64,000 nt of DNA. Origin: Candidatus Bathyarchaeota archaeon. GTDB lineage: Archaea > Thermoproteota > Bathyarchaeia > Bathyarchaeales > Bathycorpusculaceae. Where the stretch lies: positions 288,001 to 352,000 of the forward strand of contig CAWABA010000006.1 of assembly GCA_963780185.1 (NCBI GenBank), written 5' to 3'. Below the pieces are notes generated by a model. The model had not been told where the DNA came from. It made no database searches and saw nothing but the letters and a program-made list of their open reading frames with translations. Numbering within the stretch: the first letter of the stretch is position 1; every line of letters starts with the position of its first letter. Below are positions 21,298 through 31,832 of the stretch, one piece after another. The translations under genes and the position numbers were made by a program.

Positions 21298-23514
21298 ATG
21301 GCGCGTTATAGGCAAACAGACGAAATAGTTAAACTGATGGAGACCCCAACTTTCATACGCAACACAAGCATCATCGCTCATGTTGACCATGGAAAAACCA
21401 CGCTTTCCGACAGCTTACTAGCTGCCGCAGGCATCATCAGCACGCAGACTGCGGGTCAAAAACTGTTCCTTGACTCATGGGATCTTGAGCAGAAACGTCA
21501 AATGACCGTTTTCGCCTCAAACGTCAGCCTAATCCACACCTACAACAGCCAGGACTACCTCATCAACCTCATCGATACACCCGGACACATCGACTTTTCA
21601 GGCGCCGTAACAAGAAGCCTTCGAGCAGTCGACGGCGCACTTGTCGTTGTAGACGCAGTAGAGGGACCCATGACCCAGACAGAAACCGTCCTCATGCAAG
21701 CCCTACGAGAACGCGTCAAACCCATCCTGTTCATCAACAAAGTTGACCGCCTAATCAAAGAAATCAAGCTTACTCCGCAGGAGATTCAGAAAAGATTCGC
21801 AAAGATTCTCATGAGAGTAAACAACCTGATCGAGAAGTATGCTCCTGCCGAACACAAGAAAGATTGGCAAGTAACCGTCGAAGACGGACGTGTAGCATTC
21901 GGCTCAGCCCTTCACAAATGGGGCTTAAACATTGACCACATGAAACTGAAGAAAGTCAGCTTCCAAGACATCATCGACGCATACACAGGCGACCCCATAG
22001 ATGTCGGACGCAAAGTAGACGAACTCAGCAAAAAAGCACCCCTACCTGACCCAATCTTAGACATGTTCTGCAAACACCTACCAAACCCATACGAGGCGCA
22101 GCCATACAGGCAGCCGCAGATTTGGCCAGGCGACGTTGCAAGCCCAACAGGCCAAGGCATGGCGAAAGTTGACCCTAACGCTCCATTACTCATGTGCATA
22201 TCCACCATCGAGGTTGACCCGCACAGCGGCACCGTTGCAATCGGCAGAATATTCAGCGGCTCAGTTACCCGAGGAAAAGTAGTTCAACTTGTCAGCAGCA
22301 ACCAGAAAGGCACCATACAACAGGTTTTCATGAGTATGGCAACAGACCGAGTTATCATTGATCGCGTTCCAGCAGGCAACATCGGCGCCATTTCAGGTTT
22401 ACCATCAATCCACGTCGGCGAAACCATCGCTGAAGACGGCGCAGAGGTTCACTCGTTTGAAGGCTTAAGATACGTTTCCGACCCAGTTGTAACCGTAGCC
22501 GTCGAGCCCGAAGACGTCAAAGACCTGCCGCTATTCGACAAAGTCATGCATAAACTAACAACAGAAGACCCTAACCTGCACTTCATCATGAACAAGGAAA
22601 GCGGCGAATTTCTCCTCTCAGGCATGGGTGAGCTTCACCTTGAAATCACAGCTTACCGCATGCAGGAAGCAGGCTTAAAAGTGAAGCTAAGCAAACCCAT
22701 CGTTATCTACCGAGAAACCATAAGCCACGACTACCGCGGCCCAGCAATTATGGGTAAAAGCCCCAACAAACACAACAAACTCTGGATAACCATCGAGAAG
22801 CTTTCCGACGAAGTTATTGAAGCAATCAAAGAAGACAAAATTAATGACATGATGAATAGAGACGAGCGAACGAAAGTTTTGCGTTCACTGGGTTGGTCAA
22901 CTGACGAAGCGAAGGGTGCAGTGGCAGTTGAAGAAAACAACATTCTCTGCAACCGTATCCGAGGCAGACAGTACGTGGAGGAAGTTCTTGACCACATTAA
23001 AACTGGGTTCCGCGAAGCAGTCCACACATCACCCCTCGCCAAGGAACCAGCGTATGGCCTCAAAATAAACTTGGAAGACATTGTCCTCCATGAAGACCCA
23101 GTGCACCGCGGTCCAGCACAGGCAATCCCGATGACTTGGAGACCAATATACTGCGCAATCCTCCTTAGTGATCCGAAACTGCTTGAGCCGTTGATGAGTT
23201 TCGAATGTAAAGTTCCAAGCGAATTCGTAAGCGCCGTAATCACGATGCTCAACAAAAGACGCGGAAAAATCCTTGACATGCCCTCCGAAGAAGACATGAT
23301 AACCGTCAAAGCAGAAATGCCAGTCTCCGAAAGCTTCGGCATCGCCGACGAACTCCGAGGTTCAACCTCAGGCAGAGCTTTTTGGGCAACACAATTCAGC
23401 CGCTGGGCACCCGTACCAGAACAAATGCAGGCAGAAACCATCAAAAAAATCCGCGAACGCAGAGGACTACCACTGATCCCGCCAAAACCAGAAGAATACT
23501 TCGAGAAAGAATAA
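21298..23514 (+). CDS. fusA: Archaeal elongation factor 2, divergent copy, probably the aEF-2 paralog
   Basis: AHVDHGKTT, DTPGHIDF, INKVD, GMGELHLEI, HEDPVHRGPAQ diphthamide loop. Confidence 0.93.
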   Translation: MARYRQTDEIVKLMETPTFIRNTSIIAHVDHGKTTLSDSLLAAAGIISTQTAGQKLFLDSWDLEQKRQMTVFASNVSLIHTYNSQDYLINLIDTPGHIDFSGAVTRSLRAVDGALVVVDAVEGPMTQTETVLMQALRERVKPILFINKVDRLIKEIKLTPQEIQKRFAKILMRVNNLIEKYAPAEHKKDWQVTVEDGRVAFGSALHKWGLNIDHMKLKKVSFQDIIDAYTGDPIDVGRKVDELSKKAPLPDPILDMFCKHLPNPYEAQPYRQPQIWPGDVASPTGQGMAKVDPNAPLLMCISTIEVDPHSGTVAIGRIFSGSVTRGKVVQLVSSNQKGTIQQVFMSMATDRVIIDRVPAGNIGAISGLPSIHVGETIAEDGAEVHSFEGLRYVSDPVVTVAVEPEDVKDLPLFDKVMHKLTTEDPNLHFIMNKESGEFLLSGMGELHLEITAYRMQEAGLKVKLSKPIVIYRETISHDYRGPAIMGKSPNKHNKLWITIEKLSDEVIEAIKEDKINDMMNRDERTKVLRSLGWSTDEAKGAVAVEENNILCNRIRGRQYVEEVLDHIKTGFREAVHTSPLAKEPAYGLKINLEDIVLHEDPVHRGPAQAIPMTWRPIYCAILLSDPKLLEPLMSFECKVPSEFVSAVITMLNKRRGKILDMPSEEDMITVKAEMPVSESFGIADELRGSTSGRAFWATQFSRWAPVPEQMQAETIKKIRERRGLPLIPPKPEEYFEKE

Positions 23515-23559
23515 ACCGTTCCCCCATTTCCTTTTTTCAGTTTTGTTTTTTGCGGTTAT

Positions 23560-23722
23560 TTTTTGTCGCAAAAAGTAGACCCCCCGCTGGGTAGGTTCAA
23601 TAAGCAACGAGTTTTGTAAAACCCATATTTACATTGGAATTTTGATGTAAATACTAGACCCCCTCCCCCCGGTCTTTGAACCCATCTTTACCTTGATTTT
23701 TTGATGTAAAAATGGGGTACCC
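23560..23722 (+). repeat. Dispersed intergenic repeat, copy 2 (downstream of EF-2), with internal partial duplication
   Basis: AGTAGACCCCCCGC...CCCATATTTAC...TGATGTAAATA then TAGACCCCTCCCCCCGG...CCCATCTTTACCTTGATTTTTTGATGTAAAAATGGGGTACCC. Confidence 0.85.
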
Positions 23723-23854
23723 TTCTTGGATAAGCATATTTCAAGGAGCATGTTTTGAGTTGCTTTCTTGTTTTGGGGCTTGAGGCGTTTGAATTTGAGT
23801 AAGTGACCTTTCTGAAAAAGTGCAATTTCAGCCGAAAGAGCATATTTGGGACAT

Positions 23855-24673
23855 CTATAGGAGCCTAATAGGCAGGAATGCGTGGGGATGGCGTTTTCTT
23901 AAGTAAACCAACAAGCCAGTAACCGCCACAACAATGACTCCTATTGCCGCTGAGCCAACGACTATTGCCGTTGTTGGAAAGGGCTTAGGTGAAGGCGTCG
24001 GCAACGTCTCTGGTTGGGATATGGTGAAATTTATTGTTTTTGAGGCTCCGACGTTTCCAGCAAGGTCTCGAGCGTAGACCGTAACATTATGCTCTTGGTA
24101 AGACAAGCCAGTCAGCGTGGTGTTTCCCGCAACAGTCACATTGCCCTGTCCATCTAAACAATAACCTATCCATGAAGTAAGTTCATCTACTGTGAAGTTT
24201 AACGAAAAGCTGTTTTGGCTGCAGGTTTGGTTTTCGGCGGACAGAAATGTTGTGACAGGAGCCTTTCCATCATCCACAGTAAAGTAGACTGTGGCATTGT
24301 CCGAGAAAGTCCATGGCGGGGTAATGTCCCAAAAAGTTTCTTCGTAAACCGTCACGTTATGCGGTCCCTCAGGCAAAACAGGCAGAAACACAGACCCATT
24401 AACCATTACTTGAAACGAATTATCAAAGTATTGAATCGCAGAAGGAATCGAAACATTGCCTTTCCCATCTAAGGTGTAAGTCATCGAATAATGGATATTG
24501 CTCCCGCCGCCTAAACCGCCTTCGCTGACACTTAACTCAAGCACGCCAGGACTGTAAGTTCTATTCGTAGGCGATATGATGGTAACTGCCTCAGCAACCT
24601 TGCCAGTCTGAAACCCAAAAACAACCAAGAAAACCATCAACAAAAGAATCAACGCCAACGCAGCTTTCCGCAA
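23855..24673 (-). CDS. Secreted Ig-like repeat protein with C-terminal membrane anchor
   Basis: Signal peptide, two YxLDG...HNVTVY repeats, PT linker, TM helix and RKRH tail. Confidence 0.8.
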   Translation of the reverse strand: MRKAALALILLLMVFLVVFGFQTGKVAEAVTIISPTNRTYSPGVLELSVSEGGLGGGSNIHYSMTYTLDGKGNVSIPSAIQYFDNSFQVMVNGSVFLPVLPEGPHNVTVYEETFWDITPPWTFSDNATVYFTVDDGKAPVTTFLSAENQTCSQNSFSLNFTVDELTSWIGYCLDGQGNVTVAGNTTLTGLSYQEHNVTVYARDLAGNVGASKTINFTISQPETLPTPSPKPFPTTAIVVGSAAIGVIVVAVTGLLVYLRKRHPHAFLPIRLL

Positions 24674-24907
24674 ACACTCTCACACCAGAACACTTGCCTC
24701 AAGCGCCATTTAGCTCTCCCCAAAGAACAGATTGTTCCGCCAAAAGAACAGCAAGATCCTTAAGGTTAATCGGTTCGCACTTCCGCTAACTTTGACCACG
24801 CTGCCAATATTCAGTTTTAAGTTTTGCCCTCGCTTGCTTGAGGAAAGGTCAGTTGAACACAATGATTTAAGGACTGTTTGCTATGTTTTGACCCTGCTTA
24901 AAAGAAT

Positions 24908-26091
24908 TTATTCGTTAAGAGAGCCATTTTCAGTGGTGCCTGACGGGTTTGGGAGTATCACCAAATAAGCAAAGAGTACTCCAAAAAGAGGCAGAGAAAC
25001 GCTGAGAACGGCATCTGCCATGTAAATTGTTCCTGTCCCAGTTGCAATCTTAACGGTTGAAGGCGAATAAGGGATAAGCGTTGACGAGAAATTAAACCGA
25101 TTCGTAGGATCCATGATGTAGTGAGGAACACCATAAGTCTGATACGTCGAGATAATTACATTGGGATGCTCTGGATTTTTCATGTTAAACGTGTAAATTC
25201 GAGCAGTTGCCGCGCCCCGTCCCTTATCTAGGTCTTGTCTGTTAAAGAAAATCTGTTCTCTGTTTCCAACTCTTACGTTGGCAGCTGGGCCATAATCGCA
25301 GTCATGCCCGTTTAGCGTCATAAACACGTTCGGATAATTGTTCAGTATTTTTTCGAAGTGTGTAGCCCACGCGACATCGATAAGATTCCTATGCCGTAAG
25401 TTCCGTTTCCATTAAGAAAATTATGCGTTGCCACAATCACGTTTACACTCGAATTACTTTTGATAAGCGTCTGCATCCAATCTAAGACTGTTTGGTTAGC
25501 GTTATACTCAATGTTAATGATCATAAAGCGATAATTGCCATAATGAAACTGAACAGCTGTACTTTTGCCGTCGAAAATATCTCCAACCCAGTAACGCTCT
25601 TGCCTCATAATTGTGACATTAAAGGCAGGGTAGTTTCCTCCCAGCCAGGAAGTGTCAGGATCACCGTCACCTATTCTGGTTCCGTTGCGGGGAAGAAGGT
25701 CGTCATGGTTTCCGCAGTTCCAACAATATGGAATACCATGTTTGTAAAAAATCATCATGGCATTGTTTGCGTTTGCCCATTGTGCTGGTACGTTAGCAAT
25801 GTTTACGATGTCACCTGTGTGGACAACCATCATAATCTTCATGGCTTGGCTGTTGTTCACGATCCAGTTGTCTAAATTGTTATATAATGCTGGGTAAGTT
25901 TGAGGCAAAAATTGAGTATCTGTAATCTGAACTATACTAAAACTGTTAGACATCAAATTCTTGTTTAACTTAGAAACATCGTTTTCTAAGCTTGTTACTG
26001 ATAGTACCACCGTAGCAGCCAGTAACATGCTAAGGATAATGACTTTTGTTTTTTTGTTGAATCTCAGTAGTCTTTTTGCGGGGTTAAACAT
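24908..26091 (-). CDS. Secreted calcineurin-like metallophosphoesterase (split by frameshift)
   Basis: ITDTQ, HTGDIV, GNHD, VATH, TLNGH motifs across 25342..26091 and 24908..25327. Confidence 0.85.
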
Positions 26092-26518
26092 AACCCGAAC
26101 AGCTTGCTTTCCAATCTCTTAACACTATTCAATAGAACACATGTTCTGAAAAGTAGACTCTACGAAAATCGGTTCGCATTAAGCTGTTTAAACCAATCTT
26201 GACCTTCAAACCCTACTTAAGCAACTTGCTTCGAACTACAAGCATAAGGGCTAACAATGATGTTTCTACGTTTTCGATGTAAACGGTCAGCAACCTGTTA
26301 TCCGTTGAGTTAGAGCCAAGGTTGCTGGGCACGTTATTTCAAGAATCTTTTTGGTTAAATTTAAAAGGAGCCTTTTCTTGAGCGGTAACCAAGTGACCTG
26401 TGGCTTGAATGCCTCGGCAAATTGATGTTATCTGCCATGTTACAGGTGGGTTTTTCGCTTTTATTTTGCTTAATTTTAAATATGACTCTATAAACTCCTA
26501 TTGGGTAGGTCTTAGACC

Positions 26519-26920
26519 ATGGTAGAGCAAAAGCTGCATGCTATTCTAATTACAGGTAGAACAATCGATCAGGGCGTAGGGAAAGAGATGGGGAAAGGCT
26601 CCAAAGAATATTTTGACAGCTCCGCCATCTGCGTAATCGATGAGGCTGACATGAAGAAATTCGGCATAAGAAGCCGCTCAAACGTGAAAGTCACTTCAAA
26701 ATACGGTTCAGTCATCGTGAAAGCATCCAAAAACCCCTATGGCTCCAACCCCGGCTTGGTTTTCATTCCATGCGGTCTATGGGCAAACGCCATCTGCGGA
26801 GACGAAACCTTCGGCATGGGCATGCCCCTGTTTAAAGGGTTCAGGTTGACGTGGAACCCGCACCAAACGAAGTTGTTTTGACCTTAGATGAGCTTTTGAT
26901 AAGAGGAGTATGGACGGTAA
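26519..26920 (+). CDS. fwdD: Formylmethanofuran dehydrogenase subunit D
   Basis: LITGRTIDQG, VKVTSKYGSV, VFIPCGLWAN, GMPLFKG; 3' frameshift. Confidence 0.88.
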
Positions 26921-26926
26921 TCATTA

Positions 26927-28484
26927 ATGACTACAGAAACTAAATCAGTTGTTTGTCCGATATGCGGCTGCTTATGCGACGACCTTGAAGTTACAGTTGA
27001 AAACAACGAGATTGTCAAGATGAAGAATGGCTGCTCCGTCTGCGAAGCCAAAGATGGTTCACGGCTACAAAAGCGAAGAACGCATTCTAAAGCCCATGAT
27101 ACGCAAAGAAGGCAAACTTAGCCCGTCTCGATGGATGAAGCAGTCCACACAGCAGCCAAAATCCTAACAGACGCAAAATACCCCTTGCTTTTCGGCTGGA
27201 GCAGCTCAACAAGCGAAGCACAACGCATCGGCGTGCAGTTAGCTGAAGAATTAGGCTCAGCCTCGATAACTGTTGCAGCGTTTGCCACGGTCCCTCAGTT
27301 ATGGCTACGCAGGAAATCGGTATCCCCGCAGCCACTCTTGGGCAAATCAGGCACCGCGCAGACCTAATAGTTTACTGGGCATGCAACCCATGGACTTCGC
27401 ATCCGAGGCACCTTGAAAGATACACCAGCTTCACGGAAGGACGCTTTGAAGGCAGCGAATGGAAAAGCTACCTTGAAAAGCTGAAGGGTACCGCAGAGCA
27501 CGCAAAAAAGTCGAGGCGGCTTCACGGCGAATAGTTGATGATTATACATCCTCCAGTTGCTCCTCGAGGCATGCACTGTCGGTGCGCCTCCGCAGACGAT
27601 GCAGAAAGCGGGGCGTAAGCTGATTGTTGTTGACGTCAGAAAAACGATGACTGCTGAGGCAGCTGACTACTTCATTCAGGTGGAGCCGAACAAGGACTAC
27701 GAGATTCTTGATGCCATGCGGTGTTTAGTTAACTGACCAAGAACTCGACGTTGACAAAGTCGGCGGTGTCCCAGTTGAGTACCTCAAAGATGTTACTGAT
27801 GCGATGGTGAACTGCGACTTCGGCGTCATCTTCTTCGGCCTTGGCTTAACCCAGAGCATTGGCAGATTCAGAAACATCGAAATAGCAATCGCATTGACAC
27901 GGGACCTTAACAGAAAAACCAAATTCGTAATCTCACCCATGCGAGGACACTTCAACGTCACAGGCGCAAACGTGGTTTTCGCTTGGACAACAGGCTACCC
28001 ATACGCAATTGACTTCTCACAAGGGTACCCGCAGTATAACCCGGGAGAATTCACAACCATCGACCTGCTCAGACGCGGCGACAACGACGCAACATTAGTT
28101 ATTTCCGCAGACCCAGGCGCGCACTTCCCCAAAGTAGCTGTCCAAAACATGATGAAGCACCCCCTAATCACCATTAACCCAGACATGAACGCTATTTCAA
28201 GGCTTGGCGACGTAGTGTTTCCAACGCAGTGGTGCGGCATAGAATACGAAGGTACAGCTTACCGCATGGACCATGTGCCGATAATGCTGCGCAAAGTTGT
28301 TGAGCCGCCGCCGGGAATCCTAAACGACGAGGAGCTTCTGAAGAAAATTCTTGATGAAGTTCGAGCAATCAAAGCCAAAAATCCAGAAACCGAAACTAAC
28401 GCCGAACTTAAAGCACGCAACAAACTGGCGCCTAGGATCGAAATTAAGCAAAGAAAGAAAACAAAAAAAGCGGAGGTTGCTTAA
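26927..28484 (+). CDS. fwdB: Formylmethanofuran dehydrogenase subunit B (Cys ligand form; several frameshifts)
   Basis: CPICGCLCDD, DNCCSVCHGP, HPRH, PMRGHFNVTG, GTAYRMDHVP. Confidence 0.9.
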
Positions 28485-30184
28485 ATGACTGAGTTACTCA
28501 TAAAAAACGGCTTCGTCTTTGACCCCATAAATGGGATTAACGGGGAAAAAATGGATATAGCAATCAAAGAACGGCAAAATCGTCCAAAAAGTCAGCGCCA
28601 AAGCCCAAGTGATTGACGCTTCAGGTTTAACTGTTATGCCGGGCGGGGTTGACATCCATACCCACATTGCGGGTGGAGAAGTTAACACTGGCAGAATAAT
28701 TCGTCCAGACGACCACGTTAAGGATGTGGAACGCAAAACCGCAATGACCCGATCGCGGCACTGGCTACTCTATTCCATCCACTTTCACTACTGGTTACCG
28801 TTATTCCCGTATGGGTTACACAACCGTTATGAATCCGTCAATGGCGCCTCTGGAAGCTAAACATACCCATGAAGAATTAAACGACATACCCTTGCTTGAC
28901 AAAGCCACTTACCCGCTTATTGGCGACTGGTGGTTTGTTCTGGAGAACTTGGCAAAAGGCAACATCGAAGAATGCGCCAAACACGTCGCTTGGATGCTTG
29001 ACATAACCAAAGGTTACGCCATAAAAATCGTTAATCCAGGCGGCTTAGAATCTTGGGGTTTCGGGCATAACGTCCATAGTATTGATGACCAAGTGCCGAA
29101 CTTCTGCATTACCCCGCGGGAAATCATGTGCGGCTTAGCAAAAGTTAACGCGATGCTGAATTTGCCTCACTCTATTCATCTTCACACAAATAATCTGGGA
29201 ATACCCGGCAACTACACAACCACACTGGACACTATGAGAGCGCTTGAAAGCGTGCCATACAATGGCAGACCAGTTTGCCACATTACCCACTTGCAATTCT
29301 CAAGCTTTGCAGGTGACAGCTGGGTACACTTCCAATCAGCATCAGAGGAAATCTCAAACTACATCAACGCACACAACCACATGACCTTTGACATGGGACA
29401 AATCATATTCTCAGAAACCACAACCATGACCGCTGATGGACCCTTCGAATTTTCACTCTACGAGCTTGGCGGACACAACAAATGGGTCAACAGCGACATC
29501 GAAACTGAAACCAGCGGCGGAATCATACCTATACACTACAAGAAAAACAGCCCGGTAAACGCGCTTCAATGGTCCATTGGGTTGGAGTTAGCTCTGCTAA
29601 TTAAAGATCCCTGGAAAATGATGATGACAACCGATCACCCCAATGCCGGGCCATTCTTTGCTTACCCACGTGTACTGGCTTGGTTATACAGCAAGAAAGC
29701 ACGTGAAGCCACGTTGAATCATTGCAATAAGAAAGCCCAGAAAAAGAGTTTGCTGCCGACAATCGACCGTGAAATGACCCTGTACGAGCTTGCGATTATG
29801 ACTCGTGCAGCCCAAGCTAAAGCGCTGGGGCTCAAAGACAAAGGGCACCTTGGTGTTGGCGCAGACGCAGACGTCGCAATCTTTAACATTAACCCTGAAA
29901 CACTCGACATAGCCCAAAAATTCAAGGTCGCACGCAAAGCCTTCAAACACGCAGCATATACCATCAAAGACGGCAAAATCGTCGTAAAAGATGGCGAAGT
30001 AGTAAATAACACAACGCCCGGCAAAACCATGTGGCTTGATGTCCAAACCAAAGAACCCTGCGTAATTGATGAAGAAATGAAACGCAAATTCAGACAATAC
30101 TGGACCATCGAATACGACAATTACCCAGTGTTCGAACATTACCTGAGAGTTCCAGAAAAATTAACCGTAAAGGCAAGTGTCTAA
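28485..30184 (+). CDS. fwdA: Formylmethanofuran dehydrogenase subunit A (frameshifted)
   Basis: MPGGVDIHTHIAG, IKIVNPGG, IHLHTNNLG, TTDHPNAGPF, GADADVAI. Confidence 0.93.
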
Positions 30185-30998
30185 AATGATCACTCTAACT
30201 CCGAAAAGAAAATTCGAAGTGCCTGTCCAAGCGGCATGCATCAGCCCCGACGTCTTCAAAGGCAAAACCGTCGCTGAAATAGCTAACATGCCCGTAACCG
30301 AAGGAAACCGCAACCTAAAACTCGGCGACCTCTTCGAAATCCAAGAAGACAACCTTGAAACACCCTACATAACCATCAACGGAGACGCAGGCAAAGTCAA
30401 ACGAATCGGACAAGCCATGAAAACAGGCGAAATAGTTGTCAACGGCGACTGCGGCATGCACACAGGCGAAAAAATGGTTGGCGGCAAAATCACAGTGAAC
30501 GGCAACTTAGGCGGATGGTCAGGTAACGACATGAAAGGCGGCTTAATTGAGGTGCATGGAGACGCAGGTGACTATTTAGCTTCTCCCTACCGCGGTACAG
30601 CCACAGGCATGAAAGGCGGCTTAATAGTTGTTGACGGCAAAGTCGGCAGCGACGTCGGATGCTATCTGCATGGCGGCGTTCTGAAAATCAAGGGCGGCGC
30701 AGGCAGATACCTGGGTTACCACATGAGTGACGGCGCAATCCTTGTTGACAAGGAATGTGACAACCGCGCGGGCGCATTGATGACAGGCGGCAAAATCGTC
30801 ATAACAGGCAAAGTCGAAGAGGTAATGCCTGGATTCACCATAGACAGCGTTAAACCTAAAGTCAAAGTCGACGACACAACAAACGTTGCAGGACCATTCT
30901 ACGTGTTTCTAGGCGATTTGGCAGAGCACGGCACAGGCAAAATCTTCGTGAACAAAGCCAACAACCCGCAAATGAAATTCTACGAAAAATACCTCTAA
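30177..30998 (+). CDS. fwdC: Formylmethanofuran dehydrogenase subunit C
   Basis: GXGXXG beta-helix repeats (MKGGLIEVHGDAGD), FLGDLAE. Confidence 0.93.
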   Translation: MSKMITLTPKRKFEVPVQAACISPDVFKGKTVAEIANMPVTEGNRNLKLGDLFEIQEDNLETPYITINGDAGKVKRIGQAMKTGEIVVNGDCGMHTGEKMVGGKITVNGNLGGWSGNDMKGGLIEVHGDAGDYLASPYRGTATGMKGGLIVVDGKVGSDVGCYLHGGVLKIKGGAGRYLGYHMSDGAILVDKECDNRAGALMTGGKIVITGKVEEVMPGFTIDSVKPKVKVDDTTNVAGPFYVFLGDLAEHGTGKIFVNKANNPQMKFYEKYL

Positions 30999-31123
30999 CC
31001 TTCTCTTTTTGCTTTTTTATTTTCTGACGAGTTAAGCCAAAAACGTTATTTCTTCGACTAATGATTTGTTAGTTTGAAGTCGCAAGGATTTCCATTACTT
31101 CATTAAAACAATCTGTGTGTGAT

Positions 31124-31357
31124 ATGAAATTGGGCGAACGAATTGACGTGAATCCTAAAATTCTTGGCGGGAAACCCGTGATTAAGGGCACAAGAATTCC
31201 AGTGTACCTAATTCTCGAATTATTGTCAGCTGGATATGATTTCAAGCGCATAATTACAGCGTACCCTGCCTTGACAGAAGAGGACATTAAAGCGGCGGTC
31301 AATTATGCTGCCAAAATTGTTAAGAACGAAGAATCTTTCGAGTATGCGGTGTCCTAA
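31124..31357 (+). CDS. DUF433 antitoxin
   Basis: NPKILGGKPVIKGTRIPV...YPALTEEDIKAA. Confidence 0.9.
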   Translation: MKLGERIDVNPKILGGKPVIKGTRIPVYLILELLSAGYDFKRIITAYPALTEEDIKAAVNYAAKIVKNEESFEYAVS

Positions 31358-31720
31358 ATACTCAAGTTTTTAGCCGACGAAAATATTTCACCTCAAACCA
31401 TAACTCTTCTTAGAAAATTAGGGTTCGACGTTAAGGCAGTTGCCGAGACGACTTTGAAGGGTCACGAAGACGAAGAAATTGTGGACTTAGCGCAGGCTGA
31501 AAACCGAGTTATAATAACTCTGGACGTAGGTTTTGGCTCAATATATTACTTTTCAAAAAGAGGACAAGTCGGCATAATCTTGATACGAATACACCCCCCA
31601 ACAATCGAAGACGTAAATTTTATTCTTGGTGGCTTCCTAAGTAAAGTGGATTTAGAAAAGAAAGAACTTAATGCAAATCTAATAATTCTCAACCGAAAAA
31701 AATATCGTGTATTAAAATAG
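31358..31720 (+). CDS. DUF5615/VapC45-like PIN toxin (start codon unclear)
   Basis: In-frame LKFLADENI upstream of ORF 31454; DEEI...AENRVIITLDVGFG. Confidence 0.82.
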   Translation: MLKFLADENISPQTITLLRKLGFDVKAVAETTLKGHEDEEIVDLAQAENRVIITLDVGFGSIYYFSKRGQVGIILIRIHPPTIEDVNFILGGFLSKVDLEKKELNANLIILNRKKYRVLK

Positions 31721-31832
31721 AATTTGAAAGTTTCTTCGATATTGCTGAGCTTGTTGATTAGGCTTTGTTTTTAGCCGAATAGCTTATCAATTGGGTTGAG
31801 TTCAAAACACAACAATAGACGAGGACAGGGTT

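Noticed and set aside
22731-23444. 237-aa antisense ORF, and similar shadow ORFs elsewhere
   Set aside because: Mirror frame of EF-2 codon usage
26255-26500. ModE-like half sites upstream of fwdD (CGATGTAA, TGATGTTA, ATATGACT)
   Set aside because: No second arm at the N8 spacing
27262-27296. Possible selenocysteine in FwdB (also checked SelD, TusA, DsrE)
   Set aside because: Ligand codons are Cys (SVCHGP, GCSCK, CPMP); the TGA near 27734 is out of frame after an indel; no SECIS recognised
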